Shown one piece after another: positions 43,960-57,929 of a stretch of DNA of 64,000 nucleotides. The translations under genes and the position numbers were made by a program. The DNA lies in assembly GCA_046563655.1 (NCBI GenBank), contig CM102288.1, positions 2,542,001 through 2,606,000 of the forward strand, given 5' to 3'. Under the pieces are notes generated by a model. It was not told the origin of the DNA. It ran no database searches and saw only the letters and a list, made by a program, of their open reading frames with translations. The first letter of the stretch is position 1. Each line of letters opens with the position of its first letter. Source of the DNA: Yuukianura sp. NJ FZ-2021. Its lineage: Eukaryota.

Positions 43960-46900
43960 CTACTTTCTCCTTCGTCGACTCCTGTTCCTTCCGCAAAGGA
44001 TTCTCTTAAAAGCTTGTCTAAATTCTGGACTGAAGAGCGTGTAAATGATTGGATTCAGCGTAGAATTGAAATAACCCAGCCATAGGAAAGCACTTTCCAC
44101 ATACACTGGCAACTGACAACTAAAACAAACAGCTAAGGTTAAGGCCATTACAAAAAATGGTAACCAACACACCACAAAAGCTCCAGTGATAATTGCCAGC
44201 GTCTTGGCCGCTTTCCGCTCCCTTTTGGCTTCAATTGATTCCTTGTTTCTCTTGCGCTGTTGAAGCGTCACTGTAGCACTATTCGGAGTGATAGTAAACG
44301 GAAGTGCAAGTTGATTGGGACTCGGGGCATGTGGAATAGGAAGATACGTTGAGGCTGGAAGCGTCGCAAGTGGAATCGCTGACTCCTCCCCTCCGTTGAC
44401 TACTCTCCCGTTCACATCAACAACTTTGCTGTCCGATTCGCCTACTTCTGCAGTCGAGTCATCTCGTTCAACATCGGAAGAGACTCGGCGTTCTCCGGAA
44501 CCCTCTTCGGTTGGTTCCAGAAGAGATTCGATTGTATCACTTTTCTTGGGGTCAATTAGAGTGAAGTCAGTTGGAGACGGATTGGTTGACAGGTCAGCAG
44601 TGGTTTCACGTGACATGGCTCCTGTGATTGGTGTTTGAAGATGTGTAGGGGGTGTGTCTGCACGAGTACTGGCTGGACCACCTTCAGTAGCACGAGAAGA
44701 TCCCTCGTCGGCTAGAATCACTTGTTTCAATTTGTCCATTCCGAGCCGACCCGGACGGCGCCGAATGCGTCTCCGAGCCGTTTGGAATATTTTCCAGTAG
44801 AGTAGAAGGATTACGAAGAGTGGAACCTGCAGATTAGATCGGACAATCTGTTAAGCTTTTTTGAAAAAACAGTCTTTTTTTGAAAATTTTGATTTTTTTT
44901 TTTGGAAATTGTGCTAAATTGTAAACTTACATAGAATGTGGCACATGTTGCGAATATTTGGTATCCAATGTCTTGGCTGATTTGACATCTCCTTTCATTC
45001 TCCAGTCGACTATAAAACTGCGGATCTTTCCAACCCAAAATTGGAGCAAGACTTACAATCACTGCGACAAGCCACACGAGTAAAATCATCGTAAAAATTC
45101 TCGTTTTATTTCTCGACCGAATGTACTCAATGTCCGTCACAGCCCAGTACCTAATTTCAAAAAAAAAAAAATACAAAACCATTTTTTCAAAAAAGCTCAA
45201 AAAAGCCATTGTAAATTGAAACACTGAAGGCTGTAACCCAGGTGGCTTTTACTGGTGGAGGGAGTAACTATTTATGACAGCGTCAAACACTTACCGGTCC
45301 ACGGCTATTGCCACCAAGTGCAAGATGGAGGCTGTGCCTGCACAAAGTAAAAGGTTAGGCTATGTTAGTAAAAACCTAACTTTAGTATAAGATTTTGGGC
45401 CAACAGATGCCTGTTGGACTGGCGAAAGTGACATGGGCGCACTCCCTGTGCTTTGTTTCATATTGCTGTAATAAAGCCTGGCAGGAGAAAGTGGAGAAAG
45501 CAGGAAGTGATTTATGAGCTGCTCTGTTTATACTTCTTCATTAATTACGCCCATCATCACCTTATAGTTGTGTGTTCATATAAACATGAAAAGGAAAGAG
45601 CCCTAACTTTGAAGTAAGAAGGCGCTAAATTTAATTTTGTGTCAACGTTAGGGTGCTGTACGTTGAGCAGAGTGAAAGTAGTAAAAGTTAGTTTATGAAA
45701 ATTAAAGAGAGGAGGCAAGGTGCTTTCACCGGCTGTTCAAGGCAAGTACACACAACTTTACAGGCTTCGCCAGCAAAATTGTGTTTTATGTTGTGTCGTA
45801 ACTTTTTTCTAAACAGTTGATAGTTGTTTGAATACCAGTTTTTATGTTTTGAAAATTACTTTTTGAAAAAGTGTATTCCTTAAGTACCGGGTGTTTCGAA
45901 AACTATTTGAACGTAAAGTAAAAGTCGGCGGAAGGTTAGTTTTACAATTAAAATTATCTTGGAATTTTTCTTGGCTAAGATTGCTTTCACCAGACTTACA
46001 TGCAAGAACGTCCGAGCTGGTCCACATATCCTGTTAGTGAAAGAAAGTTTTTTAGGTTTCATTTTTGAAAAATAGAAAAAAATCAAAATTTTGGAAATTT
46101 TCTATTGTTTTCAAATTGGTGAAATGTCATTTTAAGCTTACGCAAAGGACAGCACCAAGGATCCATTTATTTCCAGCAATCTGTGCAAAAACGAACACAA
46201 AATTTTGGATTTTCATTCAAAAATTTTTCACTTCCAAATATTTTTTTTCTTCAAGAGTGAAGTCTTTCGGAAACTGGAACCTCTGAGAGCAATCAATCGA
46301 GATTTGACTAAATTGAGCATAGAGTAATTGGCCCAAGGTGGGGCTGGATCTGGGTGGGCGTGGAGACAGGGTGGCTCTGAGTGCATATAAAAGTTGGTGA
46401 AAGTGGGGAAAACGGTGGGTTTCTGGAAGGTTCTTGGGGTAATAAAGACGTTTCTTTTGAATAAACAATAAAAGTGACTCCGGAATCCTAAAGTTCCACG
46501 ACGATTCCTCTTCCCTTGGCTCCTATCTTACCATTAGAAAACAGCTCAGAATGGATCCTCTACTTTCACTTTTTCCCAAATTTTTAGGATTTTTGGGTCT
46601 GCAGAAGAAAAGTCTTTCTGGAAGAGAAAGTGGAGATACAAATCTAGCTTATTGCATCTTGATAAAATAAAGAACCCCCTCAGAGACGCCCCTAAAACTA
46701 AGAGATTCAGAACTACACTCGCATATTTTTAGTCACTTTCACTCACTGAATTTTACTCGATTAAAAACAAAAAATTCAGACATTCACATACTTTAACTAG
46801 CAAAGTGTTAAGTATTATTAATCATTAACTTAAATAATAGTGTGGAAGTAATTGGTAACTTTTCTAAAACTATTTAGTTTTTATAAATCATCGATGCGTT

Positions 46901-49900
46901 TTGTGAACTTTGTTAGTCAATTTGAAAAAGGCTAGTTCCATCGCAAGAAATTTTGAAAAGGAATTTAAGTTATCCCATTCAAGCTTGACATTTACGATAG
47001 TTTGAGCCGGAATATTACAATTAGTCATCAATTTATACTGTTGCCTGCCATGATCATAACTTGTTTAAAATCGAGTAAAAGTGTGACTGACTAAAATTCG
47101 AAGATTTCTTGAGTAAGTGATGAAAAAGTTTGAGTAGAAGCCAAAGTCAAGAGAGCGAGAGGGATTGTGTGAGCCAATTTTAGGTTGACCATCCTCGTCC
47201 ATTTTTTTCGGACCCTGTAAGGCTTCTAACTGACCAATTTAGGCTCAAATCCAAAGAAAACTTGGAGGTTGGAAAACAATAAATTTGTGGACACCGAAAA
47301 CGCTTCACTGGATACTAAGAAAACGAAAAAAGAAATTCAAAAAACAAAAGAAAAAAATAAAAACAATCGAACAAAAGATTCCACGACCCCAGTAAAATAA
47401 AAACTAGCTAAAAATTTCTTTTCATACAAAAGAAAAGAGTAAACTGCGCGAATACAAATGAAAAAAAACTTTCTTCCTCATTGACCTCAGACCTTTCCAA
47501 TCTAATTTTTGTAGAGGTCATGGACCATTTCCAGAGGGCAAGTGGAGGTATGAATAAATGAAAGTGAAAGTGGTGAAAGGCACAATGAATTTCGGAAAAG
47601 TCACTGCTCTGAAACTATTTCCTTCCCGCCCATTATCCTCCCTCTTGAATTTCCCACTTTCTTTTCCCCTCCAGCAACTTTCTCTCTACGTATTCAACTT
47701 TTATTAATTAAAAAGGAAGGAAGAGAGAAATTTACAGTTTTACCACAAAGAAAAAGACTTTCACCGAAACTTTCTCTCGGGAAAGTGGCAAAAAAGAAAT
47801 GAATTGAACACGCCAGGAATTAAAATGGTCTAAACTGCTTTAAATCCCAAAAACTAATTCTCACAACTAGAGGAGAGGAACGATTGGAGAATAAGTTGGA
47901 ATTCCTTTGGTTAGCCTAACACGAACCCTATCGTATTCTATATCCTTAGCCTATGAAACTAACGTTTGTTATTGTTGTCTTGAGAAGAAAGGGAGGGGGG
48001 AGGACAATGGTAATTATTGAATGATAAATCAGACTCTGTTTCCGCAAGACGTCATCCTCTTTTAGGGGGATTTTTGTGAGTGGGTGTCTTAAGTTTGGTC
48101 ATATTTCACGGTAGTGAAAGTGGAGACAACATAATTACCACAACTTTCTTCCTTCCAAATGCTTCTCTGCTGCTTCTCTCACCATTACTACTACACTTAT
48201 TCAGCAGAGAACATAGTAGTAACCATAAAAACGGGTAATACCTTCCGCATTCTGCCCTTTGACCTCGTAACATTCTATTTGACCTCACAAAAGACTCAAA
48301 AAATTCGAAAATTATTCAAAAGAAGCAGAGCTGATCTATAGTCTATCTTTTTAGAGGAACCTTTTCAAATTTGGAACAATTTCAATGGCCTTATGGACCG
48401 TTAACGCAGTAGAATTTATCAATTTTTTGAAATTTTGTACACAAACCTAATGGAGAAAGTGTTTTTGAAAAACTGAGTTTTTCCATAAGCGTCGCATTGG
48501 AAGCGAAAAAACGGGGAAAGCAAAAGGTTCTTTTAAAAATAGGCAAACTGTAGTGTAATGTTGGAGAAAAAGTTGAGCAAAGAAAGTATTAAACGTGATT
48601 ACCAATACGCTTGGAAAAGTTGGCGGAAATTTTTCAAATTCGGAGCAAGTGAAATTGAGCGAACAGTGAGATGTGGAGGAGGCGGAGGTGAGTGGAGTTA
48701 AGTGGAGCGGAACAGCCTGAAAGTTTTGTTTGGGAGGGTGAAAGTGGTGGAGGGAGAAGCGTGGAGCCCATTTACAAGAGAATAAGGCTTAGGGATTCCT
48801 TGCTAAGGTTAAAGTTCTTAGGATTGTTAGGATTTGTTCTTCCTGTGTTTCAGAAAAAGTAAGGTTAAGTTGTTAGGCTAGTGAAGAAAGTGAGGTGCGA
48901 ACAGGGGGTGAGAAGGATAGAGTGAAAGTTACCTCATAGAAAGCTCCGAGGGGCATCACGAGACAAGCTACCATCAAATCCGCTACAGCCAACGACACAA
49001 TCAAGTAATTGGCTACGGAGTTCTGCAGATTCTTCTCGACAAACACAGCAGCAATCACAAACACGTTTCCTAAAAAATCAAAAGAGAAAGTCATTTTTTC
49101 AAAAAATAACAAGTAATGATGCTCAACGCCAATAAATCATTTTTGGAGAACGTTTTTGCTTTCTCCTACTTTCTCCACAGTCCAAAAATGTTCAAAGTGA
49201 AAACCAAAACTAACAAAGCAGGAGGAGGGGTCAAAAGTAAACAAAACCCAGAGGTCAGCCCTGGAAAGTCGGTTGACTTTGGACTTTCTCCAAAGCTGTG
49301 CAAACGTTCATGAATAGTGAGTTGAAATAAGTTATCTCTGAACTTTCTCTTTTGTTTGTAGAAGGTCCAGTTTCACTGTAGTCAGCCGACTGAGTAAACT
49401 TTAGCACAAAAAATGAAACAACTTTGATTGACTTTACTTGTATGACTTCACCGTAGAACTCAATTACTCTTTGACCTTGCTAAGCTTGACCTTTGACCTA
49501 AAACTGTTTTCATGTGTCACGGAAATGAAAATTTTAAGGTCTCCCGCATTTTTTTTTCTAGTAACTTTTTTTTTTCTCAAAAAGAAAGTCTTATGTTCTT
49601 AGCTTTTTAGTGAATTCTCAAAGGAGTTTTGAGCCCGTGCTGCCTTTTAGTGTCTCAATTTCCACTTTTCGTCGAGAGTCGCAGTTGGCTTCGTCACTAC
49701 GCTGCCTGCCCCTTTGTGTCTCCGTTTCTATGGTGACGGGACGCTTCTGGACGGAAATTCATGGACGACTAACGTCCATGGACGTATAGATCAACTTTCT
49801 GAACTTTCATGGACGGGCGCTACTAAACCGAAGAAATTCTAATTTTTTTTTTATCAGTTTACTTTCTCAGGGATTTGAATTTTCCATCTTCCCGTCCAGA

Positions 49901-51343
49901 AAACTCCGTCCATGGCCATGGCCGTCCATTGTTGGCCGTCCATTGACCGTCCTAGAATGGGTTTCCCTTTGTCCAATTCTCAATCGGATCTGTTCCTTGG
50001 AGAAAGGGAAGTTTTGAGCAGGTCATTTCAAAGTAAGAGAAGATGAAGTGGAGAAAGGAGAAAGTTTGGACATTATTATCCCCAAGTCCACGATGGCAGA
50101 GCATTAATCCGTCTATTGTCAACGGATACCCGGGACTTTTCAAACCCTCCTCTTTCCGCCTAAAAAGTATTGAACATGTACTTTCTGAAACTGACTTTTA
50201 GCTTTCTAGGGGCCTCCTAACTCCCTTAAACTCCAACCTTCGCAGTCGGAGGGAGGAGGCGGGAGGTCAATCTTTTGGAAAATTGATTATAGACTTCAAA
50301 AGGAGGAGAAAAGTGGAGAACTTTCACTTTGAAGTGATCCAGATTTAAAAGTAGGGGATAACAACAGGTTCAAAATTTCAAAAAAAAAAAAAAAAATGAT
50401 GGAGATGTTGCTTCCGAGAATGCTTTTTTATGAAAGCCCCGAATATCAATTTTTGAACTCTCTAGAAAACAAAAGACAATCGAATCATGAATTATTTAAG
50501 TAAAAACTGATAGTACCGTCGAGTCATGCGGAATTGGAGGAGAAAGTCGCGTCAAAGTTATCAAATTTTCGAAAATTGAATGAATTTGTGCCTTTTGCAG
50601 ATGATTAAATTTGTGGGACAAAGATCATTCATAAGCAGAAGCTATTTTGAAACTAAATATGTAACTCAAAAATGTTTGGTAAAATGAAAATTCAAAATTC
50701 ACTTTTATGAGAGTGTCCGAGATGCTTTTTTGTAACTACTTTTTCATTAATTCGTAGAACAGTTTCATTCGCATACCTGATTTTGAAATTTCGACAAAAG
50801 GAGAGAAAATAAGAATCATAAATTAAATGCAAACAGATACTTCTGCCATCCAGTCGTGCGAAAGTGAAGGAGAGAAAGTAGCGTCTTTAACACATTTTTT
50901 GAAAATTGATTTAATTTTGTTTCGAATGTTGCAGATGATTCGATTTATGAGACAAAGGTCTTCCAAAATTCAAAAAGCAGAAGCTATTTTTAAAACTAAA
51001 TAACTCAAACGAAATTTTTTCTTGATCAAATGAAAGTAGAAAATTGTAAAAAAGGAAGTCATCGCTTTTGAACTTTCGAGAGTAAATTCCTTTTTATGAA
51101 ACTACTTTTGAAAAATTTAAGTAATTTACCAACAATTGTGACGAGAATGACGAGTCCAAGGAGAGTTGACGTGATGGCCATCGTAAGTAGTGATGGCCAT
51201 TCCCAGTCCCTTGACGTGACATTTGACCCGCCCAAAAAAGTTTCGTTCAGGTCAAGGTCAAGATCTGTTGTGCTTGTAGTAAAAGTTGTCCAGTAGTCTT
51301 GGTCTTCAGGGTCAAAGTGGTTGAATTGAGGAAGAGGCGACAT
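43960..51343 (-). CDS. Serotonin receptor, 5-HT1-like class A GPCR (7 exons: 51343-51130, 49069-48933, 46180-46142, 46030-46000, 45337-45295, 45150-44931, 44826-43960)
   Basis: [55 protein letters not shown] (Asp3.32, DRY), [52 protein letters not shown]-terminal N-glycosylation sequons; short C-tail typical of Gi-coupled 5-HT1. Confidence 0.92.
50482..51009. repeat. Diverged ~190-bp direct duplication in intron 1 of the 5-HT receptor (about 50482-50669 and 50812-51009)
   Basis: Collinear shared blocks GAATCAT, AGAAAGT.GCGTC, GAAAATTGA, TTGCAGATGATT, GACAAAG, AAGCAGAAGCTATTTT, AAACTAAAT, TAACTCAAA. Confidence 0.7.
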
Positions 51344-53436
51344 ATTGTTGTTCCAATTAGATTAGGTTTAACACCTATTTGAACTTAGTCACTAATCCTC
51401 TCAAAAGGAACATAAATCAGGACCAGAAGATCTTCATTTTCGAAAAAGATTTTCTTGAAAAGAGACTTATGAGAACTTTCTCCACTGGGACTTCTGCGGC
51501 AATTTCTCCAGTGAAAGTCAACCTAGAAGGAAAAGAATGTTTTAAGAGATGAATTTCAAAGTGAAGTGGATTCTTTTTTTTCCAAAAAGTCTTGAATATT
51601 TCAAGTCATCACGCGTAATCTTCCAATTCCACTTTCTCTTTTTCTTCCTTCTGCCAAACTTATCTTTCTCAAGCCTCTCGGGTCTTGCTCTACTTTCTCA
51701 TTTTTAGAAGAAATGAAAAAAATGAAAGTTTTAGTTTTAACTTTGTCAAATTGGAACCTTCAATCTAAGAGAAAGTTGGGAGAAAGTTTTTCCAACTCAA
51801 ATGTTAAAGACAAAGAAGCCAAAAAATGAAATTTTTGCTATGAAATCAAAATACGATGGAAAATCAATTTTGAAAAAACTTCGTTTGTTTAAGTTTTACT
51901 TTTTTTCCGTTTTGTCAAATTTTTCTATAGTGAAAGTCGCTACGTCACGGAAAATGTGTCATGTTTGAAGAAGATAATATTACCTTAGTTTTTTTTTCTT
52001 TCAAAACCTGCTTGTGCTTTCTTCTCAAGTTAGTAAACATCATAAATAAGTTAATTTAGGTTAAGGAGCACAGGATTTAGGTTACATCCGTCCATGGAGA
52101 AAAGTCACATTTGGGACTTAGATTCCTCCAGCGCTTTAGTGTCAACAAAAGTTTTCAGTTCCTTGCAGCGATTGAATCATGTAACATTGTCTTCCTTCCA
52201 AAAAGAACCAAATCTGGCAAAATCGCTGGAGAAAGGCTCTGCTTCTCCAGCACCAGAATTTCGTGTGTTCAGTTTCGGTGCTCCCGGCGGGAAAAGTTAG
52301 TTTTTGTCCCATTGAAAGCCCTTCTCCTTCCTTTTCAGAATTAAAAAGTTAGCTTATTTTCCTTTTCTTTCCAAATTCAAAAGTTACATTTTGTGTCTCA
52401 AATATTTTCTTCTTCCTTCTTTGCTTCTCATGTATGAATTGCCTACTCGTCCAATAGAAAACTAAAGTTCAAATTTTCCCGCATGTCCTGTGGACATGTA
52501 ATCAGAAAAGTTTGGTTCGTGACGTTATGAATCCAAGTTTTTTGGTGTAAGTTCAAATCCTAAAGGCTTCAACTTATTCCGGTTCTTAAAAAATCATCGA
52601 AACTTTTCACTCGTAGAACCAAAAAAGTTTGGCAACGGAAATTTTGAGTACCGTAAAAAACTGCTGAGTAAGTGCAAGGAAACATTTGGATGAGAGTTAA
52701 AAAAAATCCTTGTTTCTAGAGCCACTTTTAGTACATTCTAAAGCATGTTATCATTTTCGAAGAATTTCGAAAAATTCTAAAAATTTCGAAAAATTCGTTT
52801 TATGTTGGTATTAAAAATTCTGTGAAAGAGAATTGCCTTATCATTATTTGATACTTTACTAAAAGTGGGAAGTTTAGGAGAAAGTTAATGGATTCGTAAT
52901 GAGGTTGACGTGGGATATGAGACTAACTTAACATTTGATCACTAACTTAACCTGAAATTGCCTACTGAAACTTGAGTTTTTTGAGTTTTAGAGGGCTAGA
53001 AGCTATGAAAAAGCTTAAACTATTTTAATAATACGGAGGATAGGATGAATGGAGCTTTTGGAGAAAGCTACTTTCACTCTTACAAATTCAAAATAAAGAG
53101 TGAGAAGACAACCCAGGCGAAGACGGTGCTAACGAAGCTAAAATTAGGTTTTTAAAGCCTAATTGGATTCGACTCTTTTAAGGGTCTTTTTTGTTCAAAA
53201 ACTAAAAAGTTTCACGCAAAAGTTTCAAAATTTTCAACAAAGTTAAACCTCTTTTCTAAAACTCGAAAATCGTGATCAAATTCAAAAATGAATTTCAAAT
53301 TGCATCACTTTTGAAAATCGCGCGATTTACTTGATTGGTCTAACTTCGACGCTATGCAATGTCCATTTCGTTCGTCACTGTCGGTCTGTCCAACATACAG
53401 GTCTTTGGTTTACTGGTGGATGCTAACAAAGTATTA

Positions 53437-53530
53437 TTACATAACTTACATTAACTTACATTATAACTTACATTAACTTACATGACGACTTACATTAACA
53501 TAAGCTCAACTAACCTTAACTAACTTAGCT
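53437..53530. repeat. Short tandem repeat, ~10-bp unit (TAACTTACAT-like)
   Basis: TACATAACTTACATTAACTTACATTATAACTTACATTAACTTACATGACGACTTACATTAAC... Confidence 0.75.
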
Positions 53531-56500
53531 AAGTGTAACTTTTTAGATGTGGTTTAGGTGACAAAGTCCAAGTTGAAAAGTCGTTCGTCGCGCTACTACT
53601 GTAAAGCGGTTTTTGTTTTTAAGGAAAAATAGTATTTTTTTTTATGTTTTTATGACTTTTTTTTGAAATTTCTGGAACATAATTTAATACTCCAGAAATG
53701 CGGGAGCCATTACCCATGTGTTATGTGTTTTCCTTGTGTTATTGTGTTATGGGAAGCTATTAGGCGGAGAAAGGAGATTAGGACCATGGCCTCCATACAT
53801 TTTCCTGCGCAACATGGCGGAAATTTTTTTCAATTCAAAAATCCAACATATACAGTACTATTGCCCAACTTAGAACTGGAACATTATACCGTTCCATTAC
53901 ATTTCTTGGCGGGAGAAACTAAAAACAGAAAAAAAGTAAAATGGACATTTGTATTTGTACTGTTAAGAAACGCGCGCTTTCTCGCCCGTGAAAGAGAAAG
54001 TCCTAAATCGGAGCAATTTCTCTTTATTATTAAAGTGACAACGAGAGAGATGGAGAGGTGTTGCGTTAAGGTTTTAAAAAATTGCTTTGTTTTTTTAAAT
54101 TTCTGAGATTTTGTGTAGCAGTTGCTGCGTTTTGGAGCTTAAGTTTAGTGTTCGAAATAAATTTTGGAGAAAGGAGAGGAAACGAGCCCCTGCAGATTTC
54201 CATATTATTTCTTCTTCAAAAGTCGGTAAATAAGGGAGGTTGTGTCGGCAGAAAAGAGAAATACCCGCATTTTTCTGTTTCGGTTCATGGCGGCAGAAAA
54301 GCCCGGCTTTTTTCATTTTTTTGATACTTTCACTTGCTACGGTTGGGAAAATGCAGAGGAGGAAAATGAGCGGGAAAAAATGAAGAGCAGAAAGGCAGAC
54401 TTGAAGAGAAAAATAAGTGTATGGGCACTTGAGAAAATTCTTGTTTTTGTACAATTTCATTTTTAAAAACAAAACGAAAAATAAGAAAAATTTCTTAAAA
54501 AATAGGAAAAAAAATCTCCAATTTAACTACTTTCACTCAACCGACACAAAATCTGAGCAAATCCTTTCAAATTTTTGCAAAAACGAATGTCATTCACACA
54601 ACCTTTGTTTGATTACCTGGATTTGATAGAATTTTGAATATAAATTTGAAACACACACTTTTTTTTACAAATTGAAAAAGAAAATCTATTTTTGCTACTT
54701 CAAGTCAATTCGAATAAAAATCTTGCTTTTTCTTCAATCTTTCTTTTCTTTTTCTTTTCCTGAAAGCTTACCAGACAACTTAAGGTGCGTGATGTGATGG
54801 AGTTGTATTACTGAAGGCGCCAAATTTCAATTTCCCCGAGACGTCTGTAATGTTTCAAAGTGAAAGTCTTTCTGTTGTTGATGCGAAACGGAACAAAGAC
54901 GTGAGACTTTGATTTGAACAATACGAAAATGTTAAGCTTTACATGCGGGAGTCCATGGGGAATAGAGGAGTCACTTTCACTGTCTCAGCGGTAAGCAGGA
55001 AATGAGCTCCAAGATGGAACATAAAAGATTCACTTTCACTTTGAATCTCCCGCCACGACTTCTCTGATTGTCGTCACTTTGCCCGTCTATTGGTTCAAAG
55101 AAGGTGACGATCAGTGGACACCAAGAGACTAAAGTTTGAACCTGGAAGACGGACAGAGGCTGGAGCGAGTTGGAGTGAAAGCGGGTCCTTTAATACCCGG
55201 CAAACGCAGACTGCAGAGCAACTTGATCTCCCTACGACTTTTTTTTTGCTTTCTCCCTGCGCAAAAGAACGCAACAAACAAATTCTTTGTAATTCGAAAC
55301 CTTACCTTCACTATAAGCATTCAAAAAGCCTTAGTTTTCAAGAAAATTCCTGAAAAAATTAAAAAGAGAAAGTAATTTTTTATTTTTTGAAAAGGTTAAC
55401 CTAACGTAGAGAAAAGTGAGTCTTGTTTTCACTCTATTTGACCATCAGATAAGAGAGAAAGAGAAGCGAATGTTTAAAAGGTGAGAGTTGAATTTTTATG
55501 GGTTTTCAAGGGTCTGTTACACAAAAAGTATTGCTTGGATGGAAAAGATTGAATGGAGGGAGTAACTATGAAAAAAGTTGAACTTTTCTTACTTTTCTCT
55601 CCCAGAAAAGAGAATTTGGATTTAGGTTTGACATAATGATGGACCGATTCAATCTCCGCGTCTTTCTTTAACACTACACACACAACTTAATACGATAGTA
55701 AAAGGTTTGAAAAACACACAAAAACCGATTCTTCCAGTCTTATTTTAAACCGATTCTTCTGGTCTTATTTGTGCAGAGGGAAGAGGAAAGTGAAAGTTGC
55801 TGCCTCACCCACTTTGTAACTTGTCTCTTTTTACATGTTAAAGGTGTTGAGGTGGGGCTTGACCTGGCCCCACCGAACCCACCAACTGGATGTGGGTCAA
55901 CCAACAGCATTGCCAAAGAATAAGAAGTTCAATGAATGATGAACGTGGGTCCAGGGATAGATTTTTCACCTTTGACAGGTCGTGGTTGGAAGAATAAGAC
56001 AAACTGGAGGGTTGCGGAGGGTGGAGGAGTGTAAAAGCTGAAGCGGGAAAACTCAAATGTTAGTTTTTTGTTAGCAGTAACTTGCACCACGAGAGAAAGT
56101 CATTCAAGTTTGGCAGTCCTATCTGTTTCGCCATCTTTCTCACTTTTCCGTTTCCCCGCTTCTTTTCTTTTTGGAAATAATTAACGGTCTTGCAGTCCAT
56201 TTTTCTTTCTGTTTCGAAAGGAACAGAAATACGTTTAGAAAAATAAGTCAAAAGTCGAAAAAAAAAGTTAAGAGTGCCGTACCAAACTCTGAAATGAAAG
56301 GAAAGTAAAAAGTAGGATGTTGAAATAAAGTGAAAATTTTGTTAGGATCAAAAAATTCTTTGTACACAGCTTTTTGTGTAAGTTTTAATTGGAACTATTT
56401 TTAGAGAAAGTTCATGCAATTAAATTCGTCTTGTGTCTTCCTCTTGTGTGAATTTCGGTGTATAACTAACAACTAACATTCATTAGCAAACAGCGACATT

Positions 56501-57929
56501 GAATTTCACATGAAGAACTAATAAGTGTTAACATGACAAACTAAACTTATCTCTTCATGTCAACTGTCCATTAGGAGGATTAATTAAGATCGTGACCTAG
56601 GGCAATTACTTAGTTTTGGCACAAAATCATAAGTTTAGAATTTAGTTTTGTGCATGACAACTTTCTCTGCTGTTAAGGTTTTAATTGGACTAGTGTTAAT
56701 TAACTCTGTTTATACAATGCAATTTTGAAGATGAACAAGCCTATGGTACGATCTAAAGCTAAGTTAAATTTAGACTTAATTGGGATTTAATAATTAAAAT
56801 AAGTAAGCTTAATTGTTCTAGTAAGAAGAATAGAAATCAAAGAGAAAGGAGAAAGTAAATTTTTAGTGACAATAAGGAGTGGACGCCAGTTTTGAATTTT
56901 TGGCTGGGAGCGGTTGAGCGGGAAAATTTGAATTTTCTCATTTCAAATTCAAACACTTGTTTTTTTCTTCGTGTTGTTTTCGCACTTTTTGCTCCAAGTT
57001 TGTAAAAAATCACAACATCTTCTCTTGTCATTTCGCTCTCCAACTTATCTTTTGTTTTCGTAGAATTGCAGTGTGATTAATCAAGGTTTGTAAAGTGTAA
57101 TTAACGTCAAAGTGAAAGTACTGAAAGGCAGAGTTAGTTGATAGGCTATGGGCAGTAGCAGCTGAACATAATTTCTTCTAAATTTTGACGGGTCAAAAAG
57201 TGCCTCCCTCATCTGTATCTTTTGTGTATTCTGGCTAAATTATTAGGTGATTCATACTATCATACTCATTAATAATCAAATTGGCATGAATCAGGCTTTT
57301 ATTGACTTGTACTCTGGTTCTGGATACAGGATTTGGATATTGCATCATTGCATGCAACTGGATACATCAGCTCAGCTGTTTCGCTGTTTTCATAAGGTGG
57401 ATAACCGTGTTCGGATAATCACAATCATTCCAGAAGATAGCAAATAGTTCGGATCTCCGAAGGTTCTTATCTTCAAGTCTACAAGATAAAAGTGATCTAA
57501 GGTTGTCTTAAATATTAACTTTAACGTTGGTGCTCTGAGTGTCACGAACTGACACATTGCCTTGCCTCACTCGTCGTATTGGCCGTCGCGTCGTCGAGAG
57601 GGGGACCACCAATTGACATTCCATTATTCATCTCAAAGAAAGGTTAACGACTATTTAATTAGTTATAGACAGTGCAGTTGCAGTTGGGGACTCTGTCTTC
57701 TTCTTCGCGAAGCAGAAGAAAGAAGCACTTCTCGTTAGCACTCAAGTGACAACAAATAACAAACATAACCGCAGAAGCTACGAACGAAGACAATCCATTT
57801 CAGTGGTGCTTTGCTTTCCTTGGACCAAGCAGTGATACGAGAACGTCCATCAGCTAATAACTTACCTCCATCATGACAATCAAGCTTAGAAGATAACTTT
57901 AAGGACGTGGGTGACAGTGTTCAGTGATC

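Noticed and set aside
53663..54626. Cluster of 70-147-aa ORFs upstream of the 5-HT receptor
   Set aside because: Phe/Lys/Leu-rich translations typical of AT-rich non-coding DNA; probably 5' UTR intron or intergenic sequence.
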